From an uncultured Candidatus Saccharibacteria bacterium (GTDB lineage: Bacteria; Patescibacteriota; Doudnabacteria; UBA920), in contig CAYTCJ010000003.1 of NCBI GenBank assembly GCA_964436545.1, positions 3,168 to 67,167 of the forward strand: 64,000 bases of DNA, read 5' to 3'. The translations under genes and the position numbers were made by a program. Below are positions 38,184-48,327 of the stretch, in pieces. Numbering within the stretch: position 1 is the stretch's first letter; each line of letters starts with the position of its first letter. The notes under the pieces are model-generated. The model ran no database searches, was not told the origin of the DNA, and saw nothing but the letters and a program-made list of their open reading frames with translations.

Positions 38184-39116
38184 TTATTTGTTTGAGACTT
38201 CGGCAGGGGGAGTTTGGGAGTTTTGGTAAGACAGGGCGGTAATGGCACCTAGCAGAATCAGCCCGCCTACAATTTGCATTATCGCCAGTTGACCCCCTGG
38301 AATAAATATCCAATTAATAATTACTGCAGAAAAGGGGAAAGCTAATTCGCACAAAGTGGCAATGCTCGCTTTGGTATGCTGTAAGCCTTTGTAGTAAATA
38401 AATAAAGAAACAAAGCCCGCAATTGTGGCAATAATTAAAACAAATAGCCAATCTTTAGTGGTGGCGTGAGCAATTTCGCCCCAATGGCCTTGGTATGTTT
38501 GGAAGGCCAATAAAAATCCGCCTGCGGTTAAAAACCGAATAGCAGTTAAGGCCTGAAAAGAGAGTTGATTTAAAAGTTTTCTGCCAAACACAGTCGAGCC
38601 TGCCCACAGCCCGGCTGCCAGTAAAGCTAATAAGACGCCTTTGAGGTTAGGGTTAAAGCTTTCGCCCGGGTAAAGTTGAGGTGTAAAGTTAGGGAAACTT
38701 AGCAAATACGCGCCCAAGATCGCAAAGCCAGACCAGAGCCAAAATTTGGCTGAAAGTTGTTCTTTTAAAAAGATAACGGCTAACAGAATGGCAATAATGG
38801 GCTGAATTTTTTGGAGGAGAATGGCTACCGAAGGGTTAACATAGTGAAAGCTTTGGGTAAAGGCTATGGTAGCCAGTGCACTGCCTCCTATACCAATAAA
38901 GACAACATACCCCCACTCTAGGCGGGTTAAAGTTTTTAGTTCGGACAGGTATTTATTTAAAAACCATAACACTAAAACCGCAATCACCAAATGCTCCATA
39001 AGCACAATAGTGCCGGAAGATAGATCGCCGGTTAAATATTTTCTAAAGGGCGCATCTATAGTCCAAAGCAGAGCAGAGAAAAAAACTAACCAAGGCGCAA
39101 AACGAGATGAAAGCAT
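38184..39116 (-). CDS. DMT/EamA family transporter
   Basis: About 10 TM segments in two EamA repeats; start taken at MLSSRF. Confidence 0.88.
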   Translation of the reverse strand: MLSSRFAPWLVFFSALLWTIDAPFRKYLTGDLSSGTIVLMEHLVIAVLVLWFLNKYLSELKTLTRLEWGYVVFIGIGGSALATIAFTQSFHYVNPSVAILLQKIQPIIAILLAVIFLKEQLSAKFWLWSGFAILGAYLLSFPNFTPQLYPGESFNPNLKGVLLALLAAGLWAGSTVFGRKLLNQLSFQALTAIRFLTAGGFLLAFQTYQGHWGEIAHATTKDWLFVLIIATIAGFVSLFIYYKGLQHTKASIATLCELAFPFSAVIINWIFIPGGQLAIMQIVGGLILLGAITALSYQNSQTPPAEVSNK

Positions 39117-39140
39117 AGGGGAAATAGAGTTATGAATTAT

Positions 39141-39180
39141 GTCCCGCAAAGCGGGATCCGCCTTTGGCGGAAATTATGAA
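39141..39180. repeat. Tandem palindromes TCCCGCAAAGCGGGA and TCCGCCTTTGGCGGA (empty version of the 55711 site)
   Basis: Identical to 55711-55771 except for a 21-bp insert there. Confidence 0.85.
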
Positions 39181-39292
39181 GTATGAATAAAGCTTCAGAC
39201 AGAGTGGTTAAGAGTCAGATGACAAAGCTTTGGGTTTTTGCTAAAGTAAATTAATTAGCGATGGATAAATTATACCATAATAATAAAAAAAT

Positions 39293-39673
39293 ATGTTTAT
39301 TGACGAAGACGAATTAAAAGCTAAATTAAGTCCCAAGCAGTACCAAATTTTAAGAGAAAAAGGCACAGAAGCGCCGTTTTCCAGTGAACTGCTGAACGAA
39401 AAGCGTCCCGGACAGTTTAAGTGCGTTGTATGTGGCAACCAGTTATTTGCTTCCGACGCCAAGTTTGACAGTGGCACAGGTTGGCCGAGTTTTGATAAGG
39501 CCCTCCCCGGAGCAGTAAACTTCACAGAAGATTTGAGCCATGGCATGCGCAGGACGGAAATTACTTGCGCTGAATGTGGCAGTCATTTGGGGCATATCTT
39601 TGATGATGGCCCCACTTCCACAGGTAAGCGGTTTTGCATTAATGGGGCGTGTTTAGTTCACAAACCAAATTAA
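39293..39673 (+). CDS. msrB: Peptide-methionine (R)-S-oxide reductase
   Basis: GTEAPF, KFDSGTGWPSF, HLGHIFDDGP, RFCING. Confidence 0.96.
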   Translation: MFIDEDELKAKLSPKQYQILREKGTEAPFSSELLNEKRPGQFKCVVCGNQLFASDAKFDSGTGWPSFDKALPGAVNFTEDLSHGMRRTEITCAECGSHLGHIFDDGPTSTGKRFCINGACLVHKPN

Positions 39674-39726
39674 AATAGGACTTACAGTCCGTATGTTCTA
39701 TAGTGGGTAGGATTCTAAAAAACAGT

Positions 39727-39839
39727 TGTCATTCCGGAACCCTGAGTGCATCCGAAGTGGTATCCGGAATCTACACAAAAATAGCATGGATCCCGGATAT
39801 CCCGCCTTTTGTTCCCAAGAGCGGAATTCCGGGATGACA
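39727..39839. repeat. TGTCATTCCGG...CCGGGATGACA composite palindromic repeat
   Basis: TGTCA/TGACA termini with internal hairpins, between convergent genes. Confidence 0.75.
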
Positions 39840-39868
39840 CAACAAAGATTGCGTTTAGAATTCAAACA

Positions 39869-40975
39869 CTATATAAAATTTTTGGATTCTGCGCCCACAG
39901 CTTCTTGAATGTGGTGGTAGTTGTCTTGTTTTAAAAGTTTAACTAAATCGTAATTAATTTCGCCAATCAGTTGGGGACCTTGGTAGATCATACCGGTAAT
40001 CAGCTGAATTAAAGACGCGCCCAATTTAATTTTTTTATACGCATCTAAAGCATTAAAGACTCCGCCACAACCAATTATCAATTTTTTTCCGTGGTAAAAA
40101 TTATAGACTGTGGCAATTAATCGGTTGGTTAGGGCTTCTACAGCCTTGCCGGAAAAACCGCCTTTGCCCACGTGGTTAAATACATTATTTTTGGTTAAAT
40201 TGGCACACACAAAACCATCTACGGGGTAGGTGGCACAAACCGTGAGGATTTGAGTGAGCTGGGCTTCGGGTAAATCGGGCGAGAGTTTAATAAAAACCGG
40301 TTTGGGTTTAGGGAGTTTAAAAATTTCGGTTAACAATAAAGTTAAATTTTCCGGTTCGGCAAAAATGGGTTTTTCTTCACAGGTGTTAGGACAGCTAATG
40401 TTAATGGTAATATAGTGCCCCAAATCGTGAAAGATGTGGTAGCTGGTTAAGTAGTCACGAATGCCGTTTGCTACGTTAGAGGTGGTGGGGGAATTGGTTT
40501 TAGCCAAACTAATTCCCACGGGGAAAGTAAAAGTTAAGGGTTTTAAAAATTGGTAAATGGCCGGAGCGCCAAAATTTTTAAGCCCGTAATTGACTCGTAA
40601 AGTTTGTTGTTCGGGTAAACGCCATAATCTGGGTGGCTGGTTGCCTTGATAGGGTAGCGCGGTAAGGGATCCAACTTCTTCAAAACCAAAACCCACACTG
40701 GGTAAAATTTGGGTGAGTTTAGCGTCTTTGTCAAAGCCCGCAGCCAGCCCAATGGGGTTATTAAACCGGATGCCTAAAAGGGTTTGCTCTAAGGCAGGGT
40801 GAGTGTAGGAGAAGCTCTGTTTGGTGAGGGCTGTTAAAATTTTTGATTGGCCGGCCAAAAACCCAATCTTTCCCACCCAATCATGCACGGTTTCCGGATC
40901 AAACAGAAAGAAGAGTTTTTTAATTAAGTGTCTGTACCAAAAGCCAAAAATTTTAGCTCTTAAAAACATATACAA
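39869..40975 (-). CDS. pyrD: Class 2 (quinone-type) dihydroorotate dehydrogenase
   Basis: DPETVH, NPIGLAAGFDK, NISCPN, KLSPD, GGFSG, GASLIQL. Confidence 0.9.
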   Translation of the reverse strand: MYMFLRAKIFGFWYRHLIKKLFFLFDPETVHDWVGKIGFLAGQSKILTALTKQSFSYTHPALEQTLLGIRFNNPIGLAAGFDKDAKLTQILPSVGFGFEEVGSLTALPYQGNQPPRLWRLPEQQTLRVNYGLKNFGAPAIYQFLKPLTFTFPVGISLAKTNSPTTSNVANGIRDYLTSYHIFHDLGHYITINISCPNTCEEKPIFAEPENLTLLLTEIFKLPKPKPVFIKLSPDLPEAQLTQILTVCATYPVDGFVCANLTKNNVFNHVGKGGFSGKAVEALTNRLIATVYNFYHGKKLIIGCGGVFNALDAYKKIKLGASLIQLITGMIYQGPQLIGEINYDLVKLLKQDNYHHIQEAVGAESKNFI

Positions 40976-41011
40976 AATGTGTTAAAATATACTCGCATCA
41001 TAACACTCCTT

Positions 41012-42334
41012 ATGTTAAATCGCAAAATTATCTATTGGGGCGAACAAACCCAAAAAGCTTTGGCTAATTTTCCTTTTTCCGCTCCCAAAACGCCTTGGGG
41101 GTTAATTGTGGCGTTTGCGCAAATTAAATTATCCGCAGTGACGGCAAATTACGCCAGCAAACGGGTAAGTAAAAAACAGTTTGAGGCCATCTCCCGCGCT
41201 TGTAAAGAAATTATCCAAGGCCAGTGGGCCGAGCAATTTGTTTTGCCCGCTTTGCAAGGCGGAGCCGGCACTTCTTTGCATATGAATGTTAACGAAGTAA
41301 TTGCCACTCGGGCCACGGAAATTTTAGGGGAAACTATCCATCCCAATGACTTGGTAAATTTAGGTCAATCCACCAACGATGTTAATCCTTCCGCCTTAAG
41401 AATAGAAAGTTTTCGGCAGGTTAACCAGTTAGCGGAGGTTGTGAGGGAGGCGATTAAAACTTTAAAGCGGTTGGCGCATAAAAATCGGCATCATTTAAAA
41501 CTCGGACGGACGCATTTGCAAGATGCCGTGCCCATTACTTTAGGCGAGGAGTTTTTGGCTTATGCCGACACTTTGGACAACGAATTAAATAAAGTTATGG
41601 GCGCGCAAAAAGCTTTACTAAACTTAAATTTGGGCGGTACGGCAGTGGGTAATAGTGTTAATGCGCCTGTGGCGTTTAGGCAGGCCATGTATAAAGCGTT
41701 AAGAACAATCACCCAAATTAATTTTCGGGAAGCGAAAAATAAAATGGCGCAAACCGGTACTGCCGGAGATTTTTTTTCCCTGTCTGGTGCGCTTACCGGT
41801 TTAGCCGGAGCTTTGAGTAAAATGGCGAATGATTTAAGATTACTGGCCAGCGGGCCCAAAGGGGGTTTAGGCGAAATTAGTTTGGCGGAATTGCAGAAAG
41901 GTTCCAGCATTATGCCCGGTAAGGTTAATCCGGTATTGCTGGAAGCTCTTAATCAAGTTTATTTTTTAGTCTCGGGCAATAACCACACCATTGAACTCGC
42001 TATGTCAGGGGCTCAACTGGAGCTTTCGGCTATGGGTCCGGTAGTGGCGTTTCGGCTACTGGAAAGTTTAACGTTGTTACGGGAAGTGGTGCAGGTGACC
42101 ACTGAGAAGTGTATAAGATTAATTGAGCCAGTGCCGGCTAACTGTTTTAAGCATTTAAAAGCTTCTACCGCGGTTGCCACTCTGTTTACTCCGGTACTGG
42201 GGTACGATGTCGTAGCCGGTTTGGTTAAAGAGAGTTTAAAACAGCAGGTAGACTTTTTAAGTCTAATTCAAACCAAGCAGTTATTGAATCAACAGCAAAT
42301 TGATAAACTTTTAAAACTAAAACCCTCGGCTTAA
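41012..42334 (+). CDS. aspA: Aspartate ammonia-lyase (class II fumarase/aspartase family)
   Basis: QGGAGTS..MN.NE, GRTHLQDA, GSSIMPGKVNP. Confidence 0.85.
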   Translation: MLNRKIIYWGEQTQKALANFPFSAPKTPWGLIVAFAQIKLSAVTANYASKRVSKKQFEAISRACKEIIQGQWAEQFVLPALQGGAGTSLHMNVNEVIATRATEILGETIHPNDLVNLGQSTNDVNPSALRIESFRQVNQLAEVVREAIKTLKRLAHKNRHHLKLGRTHLQDAVPITLGEEFLAYADTLDNELNKVMGAQKALLNLNLGGTAVGNSVNAPVAFRQAMYKALRTITQINFREAKNKMAQTGTAGDFFSLSGALTGLAGALSKMANDLRLLASGPKGGLGEISLAELQKGSSIMPGKVNPVLLEALNQVYFLVSGNNHTIELAMSGAQLELSAMGPVVAFRLLESLTLLREVVQVTTEKCIRLIEPVPANCFKHLKASTAVATLFTPVLGYDVVAGLVKESLKQQVDFLSLIQTKQLLNQQQIDKLLKLKPSA

Positions 42335-42351
42335 TGCAGAGGGTTTTAAGT

Positions 42352-42753
42352 TTAGCTAACTGGAGAAGTGCAGAAAGCACATTTTTTCGCTTGCAGGGGA
42401 ATTTCGCTAAAACATTCGGAGCATTTTTTGCTCGTAGGGTCCGCGGGCGGAGCTTTTTTCATTTTAGCGAGCAGAGTGTTCATGGGTAAAACCACAAAGA
42501 AGTACACCGCGCCGGAAACCATTAAGAAAGCAATGAGCGCATTAATAAACTTGCCCAGCATAAATTTACTGCCATTGAGAGTAAAGGTTAAATTGCTAAA
42601 ATCCGGCACTTTGGCAATGGCGCCAATTAAGGGAGTTAAGACATCGGCCACTAAGGAGCTGACAATTCCGCTAAAAGCCGCGCCAATTACCACCCCAACG
42701 GCGAGGTCCACTACATTTCCGCGTAAAATAAATTGTTTAAAACCATTGAGCAT
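42352..42753 (-). CDS. mscL: Large-conductance mechanosensitive channel with C-terminal CxxC...CxxC
   Basis: FKQFILRGNVVDLAVGVVIG. Confidence 0.95.
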   Translation of the reverse strand: MLNGFKQFILRGNVVDLAVGVVIGAAFSGIVSSLVADVLTPLIGAIAKVPDFSNLTFTLNGSKFMLGKFINALIAFLMVSGAVYFFVVLPMNTLLAKMKKAPPADPTSKKCSECFSEIPLQAKKCAFCTSPVS

Positions 42754-42790
42754 ATTTTTTCCTTTTTACGATGTAAAAAACATCGCTTAA

Positions 42791-43471
42791 TTATGAAGGT
42801 TGAATATTTATTTTTTTAATGATTTTTATTAATTCCCCCATATGGTGAATAATAAAGTGGGGCTTGTGTTGTTTTAAGCGTTTTTCGGTATTATAACCGC
42901 CGGTAATGCCTACGGTATAATAGCCTAATTGTCTGCCAATTTCAATTTCTTCTTCGGTATCGCCAATGCTTAAGACTTCGTGGGGTTTAAATTTTTGAGT
43001 TTTCACATAACTCGCTAATTTTTCGCCTTTACTGCGTTTGTGAAGCAAGCCTTCGTCTTTATGGGTTCTGGCTAAAATGGTGGTAATGTAAGGTTTTAAA
43101 TGTAAACGGTGGAGTTGCCGGTTAATTAATTCCACAATATGGTTGGAATAAATAATGCTGTGATAGTGGTTGGTTTTTAGCCAAGTGAGGGTTTGGCGAA
43201 CGCCGGCTCGGCTCCGGCATCTGGTAGCTTGGCTTTCGTAGATATCGTTATAGATTTTTTCTATTTCATCCATATGCTGGGAAAAAAATTGTTCATCCAT
43301 ACCCACTCGTTTCCAATATTCAATAATGGGAATATGAAAGCACTGGCGAAATTTATTTATGCCAATGGGCGGGTGACCAAATTTTTTTAAGGCAATGTTT
43401 TCGGCCTTGACCGCAGTTTGGGTGTCGGACAAAAGCGTGCCGTTCCAGTCAAAAGCAATGAGTTTGAGCAT
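42791..43471 (-). CDS. HAD family hydrolase
   Basis: FDWNGTL, YSN, IGDTEEE; start at MLKLIAF. Confidence 0.88.
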   Translation of the reverse strand: MLKLIAFDWNGTLLSDTQTAVKAENIALKKFGHPPIGINKFRQCFHIPIIEYWKRVGMDEQFFSQHMDEIEKIYNDIYESQATRCRSRAGVRQTLTWLKTNHYHSIIYSNHIVELINRQLHRLHLKPYITTILARTHKDEGLLHKRSKGEKLASYVKTQKFKPHEVLSIGDTEEEIEIGRQLGYYTVGITGGYNTEKRLKQHKPHFIIHHMGELIKIIKKINIQPS

Positions 43472-43479
43472 AGAGAAGA

Positions 43480-43760
43480 GGGGCAGGTTGGTAAGTTGTA
43501 AGTAAGTTGTAAGAAGAGATATTAGAGAAGCAGGGTAAGTTGCCTGCCGGCAGGTAAGTAAAGTATACCAGCTCATTGAGACTCAGTAAACAAGCGAGAG
43601 AAGATAAGTTAAATTGCGATGCTAATATGCGAATACATGCTAATAATGCGAATAAATCCATATAGCCATTGGCTAATAGGCAGGTAAGGAGAGAGGGATA
43701 GAGATTAGAGAAGAGGGATTAGAGATTAGAGAAGAGAGAAGTAGGGAGTAGATAGGGAAA
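43480..43760. repeat. Mosaic of short tandem repeats (GTAAGTT, ATGCGAAT/ATGCTAAT, AGAGATT/AGAGAAG) with a CCTGCCGGCAGG insert
   Basis: Read directly in the divergent intergenic region. Confidence 0.75.
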
Positions 43761-43812
43761 AAGAAAAAAGTAAAAAAATTAACAAGGTGCGTAAAAAGTT
43801 GTATAATTGGGA

Positions 43813-44851
43813 TATGTTACCAGCCAAGTCAAAATTTAATCCGGAATTAAGACGCGTAGCCCAAATGGCTAAAGAGGCGGGTATGAATGAAGACCAAAGA
43901 CGCGTGCTGTTATCTAGACAAGAAGTTCCTCCGCCAAACGGATATAAATATGAGTTGCCATATACGAGCGGAGATGTGGGTTTTGCGGAAGTGATGGCAG
44001 AGGCAGGTAAAAATGGAAAATTAAAACAAACTTTATTTGAAAGTTTAACTTTTCAGGGCATACCTAAAATTCAGGCCGAAGATATTCGGATTTTGGCAGA
44101 AAGGTTAAGGTGCGCTAGAGAAGCATTAGAGCACAGACCTCAAGTGGAATTACAGAATGCTTATAAGGTTTCTTTAACCGAAAGTGAAATACAGTCTTTT
44201 AATTGGGCAGTAAGGTTTTTTGAAGAGTGGTTTTATCGGGGTAAATGGGCGGAATTGTCTAAACCACGGTCTTATGCCAGAGAAAATGCTTGGGCGGATT
44301 TTTTTGTACCCGCGACTTTGTTAAACACTATGGCTAAAATTAAAGAACAGTCTCTTGATGTGAGTCGATTGAAGCAAATTAATAGAGAAAAAACAGATGA
44401 GTTTGTCGGTCGGGTAAAGGGTTATGCAGAAAATGTGCTTAAAAAAGCATCGTCCAGTTTAAAATTGTTTGACTCAGCGACAGAATTGTTAGTCGGCGAT
44501 TTAGAAGAAACATATAGTAACGCCGAGGTAGGTACTCGCGGATCAATCTGGGCTGACGATTTATATTTTATGAAAGTTTCGCTTATTGCGGGGGAATTTG
44601 CCAGAAGAGATTATTGTCAAGCTCAAGCACATAATCAAGTTTACGAGTTTGACCCGGAAAGTATACTGGTAGATTTACATGGTAATCCAATTACAACCGG
44701 TAATGATTTAACGGAACCAGATAAAATTTGTTTACAACCAATTCATGAAGATTTTCTTTATTCCATGCATTATAGAAGATATGAACTCCCTTTTGCTCGT
44801 GTGGCGTTTGAATATTTTAGGCAACAACAAAATCATAAAAATAATCATTAA
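43813..44851 (+). CDS. Hypothetical protein
   Basis: About 345-aa ORF; ATG just after TATAAT. Confidence 0.65.
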
Positions 44852-44861
44852 TTTAAAAAAT

Positions 44862-45050
44862 ATGCTAAAACAAGAAAACTGGGAGCTGGGCGAAAGACAG
44901 CCGGTGCCCACACCCGAAGCCGATAAGGCACAAGAACAAAAACCAATTTATCACGAAGGAGATGTCGCGGATGGTGGAGATGGTAATAGATATAAGACCG
45001 ATGGTCAGGGTAGGTGGGAAAAAGTCAGGCCGAGTGATGGAATGTTTTAA
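44862..45050 (+). CDS. Small hypothetical protein (MLKQENWELG...)
   Basis: ATG 10 bp after the upstream stop. Confidence 0.5.
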   Translation: MLKQENWELGERQPVPTPEADKAQEQKPIYHEGDVADGGDGNRYKTDGQGRWEKVRPSDGMF

Positions 45051-45254
45051 CGCATTAGTAAGTTTACTAAAGGCGATCTTCGTCATTTTGACAGTTTACC
45101 AATTAAGTGACATATGTCACTTAATTGGTAATGGTAAAAATTATTTTTAGCTGTGGTATAATACAGTTATGCTAAATATCCAAGAAATAAAAAAAAATTT
45201 ACCCCGTTAGAGAAATGAAATTTCGTTTTCTTATTCGGGTGAAAGGTTAGTTAA

Positions 45255-47081
45255 ATGCTTAATGATAATTTATCAGCATTACATTCTCTAATGGGGTTTG
45301 AGGGGGAAGTAGACAACAGTGAAGATACTTTAATCAAATACAGTCATGATGCCAGCATTTTTGAAGTGAGGCCCATGGGTGTGGTGCATCCGAAAAATAG
45401 TGAAGATGTAAAGAATGTGGTGAAGTGGGTGGTAAGCCAAAGGCAAGATAGTTTAACTTTGAATACAGATGACTCAGAGCGTCATCCTGAACCTGCCTTG
45501 TCGTCAGGCAGGCTTGTTTCAGGATCCCATATAAATGGATTCCGAAATAAATTCGGAATGACAAATGGAGATAAAGCTTCTGTAAATAAAGGGGGGGAGT
45601 TATCTATTACAGCTCGGAGTGCCGGCACAGATATGTCGGGCGGGCCACTTAATACTGGAATAATTGCCGACTTTACCACGCATTTTAATAAAATTTTAAA
45701 CTTTGGGCCGAATTTTGTAGAAGTAGAGCCGGGGGTATATTACCGCGACTTTGAAGTAGAAACTTTAAAACGCGGACTACTTTTGCCATGTTATACGGCT
45801 TCCAAAATGCTGAATACCGTGGGCGGAATGGTGGGCAACAATAGCGCGGGTGAAAAAACTTTGGCGTATGGGCAAACTAAAGATTTTGTAGAAGAATTAA
45901 GCGTGGTATTGAGTGATGGAAATGAATATCAATTTAGTGAATTGGAAAGTAGAGAATTAGAGAGTAAACTAAAACTCCCGAATTTTGAAGGTGATATTTA
46001 CCGAAAAATCTATCAGCTCATTAAAGATAATCGCGATTTAATTCAAAACGCCAAACCCAAAACCAGTAAAAATTCCGCCGGATATTTACTGTGGGAAGTA
46101 TGGGATGGTATAAAATTTAATTTAGCCAAATTAATTGTAGGCAGTCAGGGGACATTGGGCCTTGTTACGAAAATTCGGTTTCGGCTGGTAGAGCCTAAGC
46201 CTAAGTCTGCTTTGCTGGTGATGTTTTTAAAAGACTTGAATAATTTGGGAGAAATTGTGGCAGATGTGGTAGAACATAAGCCGGAAAGTTTTGAAAGTTA
46301 TGATGATAAAACTTTAAAACTGGCCATAAAGTTTTTGCCCGCCATGGTAAAGAAGATGTCCAAAACCGCTGGGTCGGCTTTTGGTGGCATTCTAAACATG
46401 TTAAGTTTGGGTTGGCAGTTTATGCCCGAAGCGGTTATGACTTTAACTGGCGGAATGCCTAAGCTGGTATTAATTTGTGAGTTTACCGGCACGAGCCAAG
46501 AAGCAGTAAATGAAAAAGCCAGTTTACTCCAGCGGGAAGTGGAAGGGAAATTTCATATCCAAACTCGGATTTGTCAAAATAAACAAGAAGTGGAAAAATA
46601 TTGGACCATAAGGCGGGAGTCGTTTTCTCTTTTACGGGAGCGCATTAAAGACCGGCACACCGCCCCCTTCATAGATGACATTGCGGTCCTGCCCAAAGAT
46701 ATGCCAGCATTTTTACCGCGGTTAAATAAAATTTTGGAAAAATATCAGGACAAAATTATTTACACCATTGCCGGACATGCGGGGAATGGCAATTTTCACA
46801 TCATTCCCTTAATGAATTTGGCGGACGAAAACCAGCGCGCGATAATTCCTCAACTTTCCGAAGAAGTTTATAGTTTGGTTTTGGAATTTCATGGGACAAT
46901 TACGGCAGAGCATAACGACGGACTGATTCGCACCCCTTTTTTACAAAAAATGTATGGGAAAGAGGTAATAGGTTTGTTTGAAGCAGTAAAAAATATTTTT
47001 GATCCGCACAATATTTTTAACCCCGGCAAAAAAGTTCACGGGGATTTGGGGTATGCGATGGAGCATATTAAAAGAAGTTAG
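45255..47081 (+). CDS. FAD-binding oxidoreductase (GlcD/D-lactate dehydrogenase-like) with an in-frame repeat insertion
   Basis: RSAGT..SG, VEPG, GGMVGNN, GSQGTLG, GHAG.GNFH, EHNDG, DP.NIFNPGK. Confidence 0.9.
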   Translation: MLNDNLSALHSLMGFEGEVDNSEDTLIKYSHDASIFEVRPMGVVHPKNSEDVKNVVKWVVSQRQDSLTLNTDDSERHPEPALSSGRLVSGSHINGFRNKFGMTNGDKASVNKGGELSITARSAGTDMSGGPLNTGIIADFTTHFNKILNFGPNFVEVEPGVYYRDFEVETLKRGLLLPCYTASKMLNTVGGMVGNNSAGEKTLAYGQTKDFVEELSVVLSDGNEYQFSELESRELESKLKLPNFEGDIYRKIYQLIKDNRDLIQNAKPKTSKNSAGYLLWEVWDGIKFNLAKLIVGSQGTLGLVTKIRFRLVEPKPKSALLVMFLKDLNNLGEIVADVVEHKPESFESYDDKTLKLAIKFLPAMVKKMSKTAGSAFGGILNMLSLGWQFMPEAVMTLTGGMPKLVLICEFTGTSQEAVNEKASLLQREVEGKFHIQTRICQNKQEVEKYWTIRRESFSLLRERIKDRHTAPFIDDIAVLPKDMPAFLPRLNKILEKYQDKIIYTIAGHAGNGNFHIIPLMNLADENQRAIIPQLSEEVYSLVLEFHGTITAEHNDGLIRTPFLQKMYGKEVIGLFEAVKNIFDPHNIFNPGKKVHGDLGYAMEHIKRS

Positions 47082-47121
47082 CAATCAGTAGTCAGTAAAT
47101 CAGTAATCAGTAGACAGCGAA

Positions 47122-47613
47122 TTAGTAGTTAGAAAATAAATGAAATTGCCGGACCGAGCGCCCCGTGGGGGGCGAAGGTCCGGCTTTGCGTTGCGCGCTG
47201 TCTTTTTTTGCCGGAGGGCGCGCCACCTCCAGCAAAACCGATTTGAACTCTTCTACTGCCTTTTGGGCAGCCGGGACACGTGCCCCTTCCAAAATGAGCT
47301 CAAGCTGATAAACAGCACGAGCTCCGTCCGGCCGGAGTTCAATCCGGAATCGTCGTTTTTTAACTTCCACGACATGGACGGTTATGCTCAGAGCCTTGCC
47401 CGATTCAACATCGGGATTTGACTTGAGCCATGGAACCAAGGTTTCCGACACCGCGCCGTAAAGGACGCGGTAGTCCTCGCCGGCTTCGTCCGGCGGAACT
47501 TTAGGCAGGAGTTCAACCTGCCGGTCGGTCGCCCCCTCAAGAGAGGGTATAAAATAGCAAGAAATAAAAAAAAGACCCACCCTCAATAATATCACCAAAA
47601 ATTTCCTCATCAT
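47122..47613 (-). CDS. Hypothetical GC-rich secreted/membrane protein
   Basis: AAGGAG RBS, hydrophobic N-terminus, own upstream promoter-like boxes. Confidence 0.55.
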   Translation of the reverse strand: MMRKFLVILLRVGLFFISCYFIPSLEGATDRQVELLPKVPPDEAGEDYRVLYGAVSETLVPWLKSNPDVESGKALSITVHVVEVKKRRFRIELRPDGARAVYQLELILEGARVPAAQKAVEEFKSVLLEVARPPAKKDSAQRKAGPSPPTGRSVRQFHLFSNY

Positions 47614-48057
47614 TCTCTCCTTTTAGGAAGTTCGCGTCCGTTTTGCCTCTGTGGCCAAGAACGCTTAAAAGAGAGTATAAAAGAAAAATTAAAAAATGAC
47701 AAAAAATAAAAAAATCGCGCTTTGGACAATTACCAAAGGCGATTTGGACTAATTAAAATTAGTCCTCCTATTTTATCCGGCTCCCTCAGGCGAAGGAAAT
47801 GCTAAAACCCACCCTTGGGAGCCGGAACCCTGTTCAGCAAAAGTAGAACAGGGCCACAATTAATTGATAGTATAAAGCTGGTTTGCGATTAAAGCAAGGC
47901 GCTGGTTTTTTATTGGCAGATAGTGGTATAATTGTTAGGTTATTGATTGTAGGTGATAAGTCGGTCAGCAGACAGAAATTAGCTAATCAGCTGACAGCTA
48001 ATCAGCAGTCAGCTGATCAGCAAGTAAGTTGAAGAAAATTATTTGAATAAACTATAT

Positions 48058-48324
48058 ATGGTTAAACATCTTAAATTAAAAATTTATGGCCGAGTGCAGG
48101 GCGTCGGGTTTCGGTGGTGTACCTACGAAAAGTTTGTAGAATTCGGTTTGGTGGGGAAAGCGGAAAATCGGGAAGATGGCACAGTAGAAATTTTTGCACA
48201 AGGGGAAACCGAAGCTTTGGAAAAATTAATTGCTTGGGCGCACACAGGCCCCGAGGGGGCTAAGGTGGAAAAATTAGAAACCGAGGAATTAAAGGAACCT
48301 TTTGTGCCTTTAAAAAACTCTTAA
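48058..48324 (+). CDS. acyP: Acylphosphatase
   Basis: GRVQGVGFR, N.EDGTVE. Confidence 0.93.
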   Translation: MVKHLKLKIYGRVQGVGFRWCTYEKFVEFGLVGKAENREDGTVEIFAQGETEALEKLIAWAHTGPEGAKVEKLETEELKEPFVPLKNS

Positions 48325-48327
48325 CGT

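Noticed and set aside
39726-39908. 60-aa ORF
   Set aside because: Translation of a palindromic repeat overlapping the pyrD 3' end.
43480-43760. Possible CRISPR array (also the heptamer runs near 5560, 19002, 47084 and 47980)
   Set aside because: Units are 7-8 bp degenerate tandem repeats without unique spacers; no cas genes.
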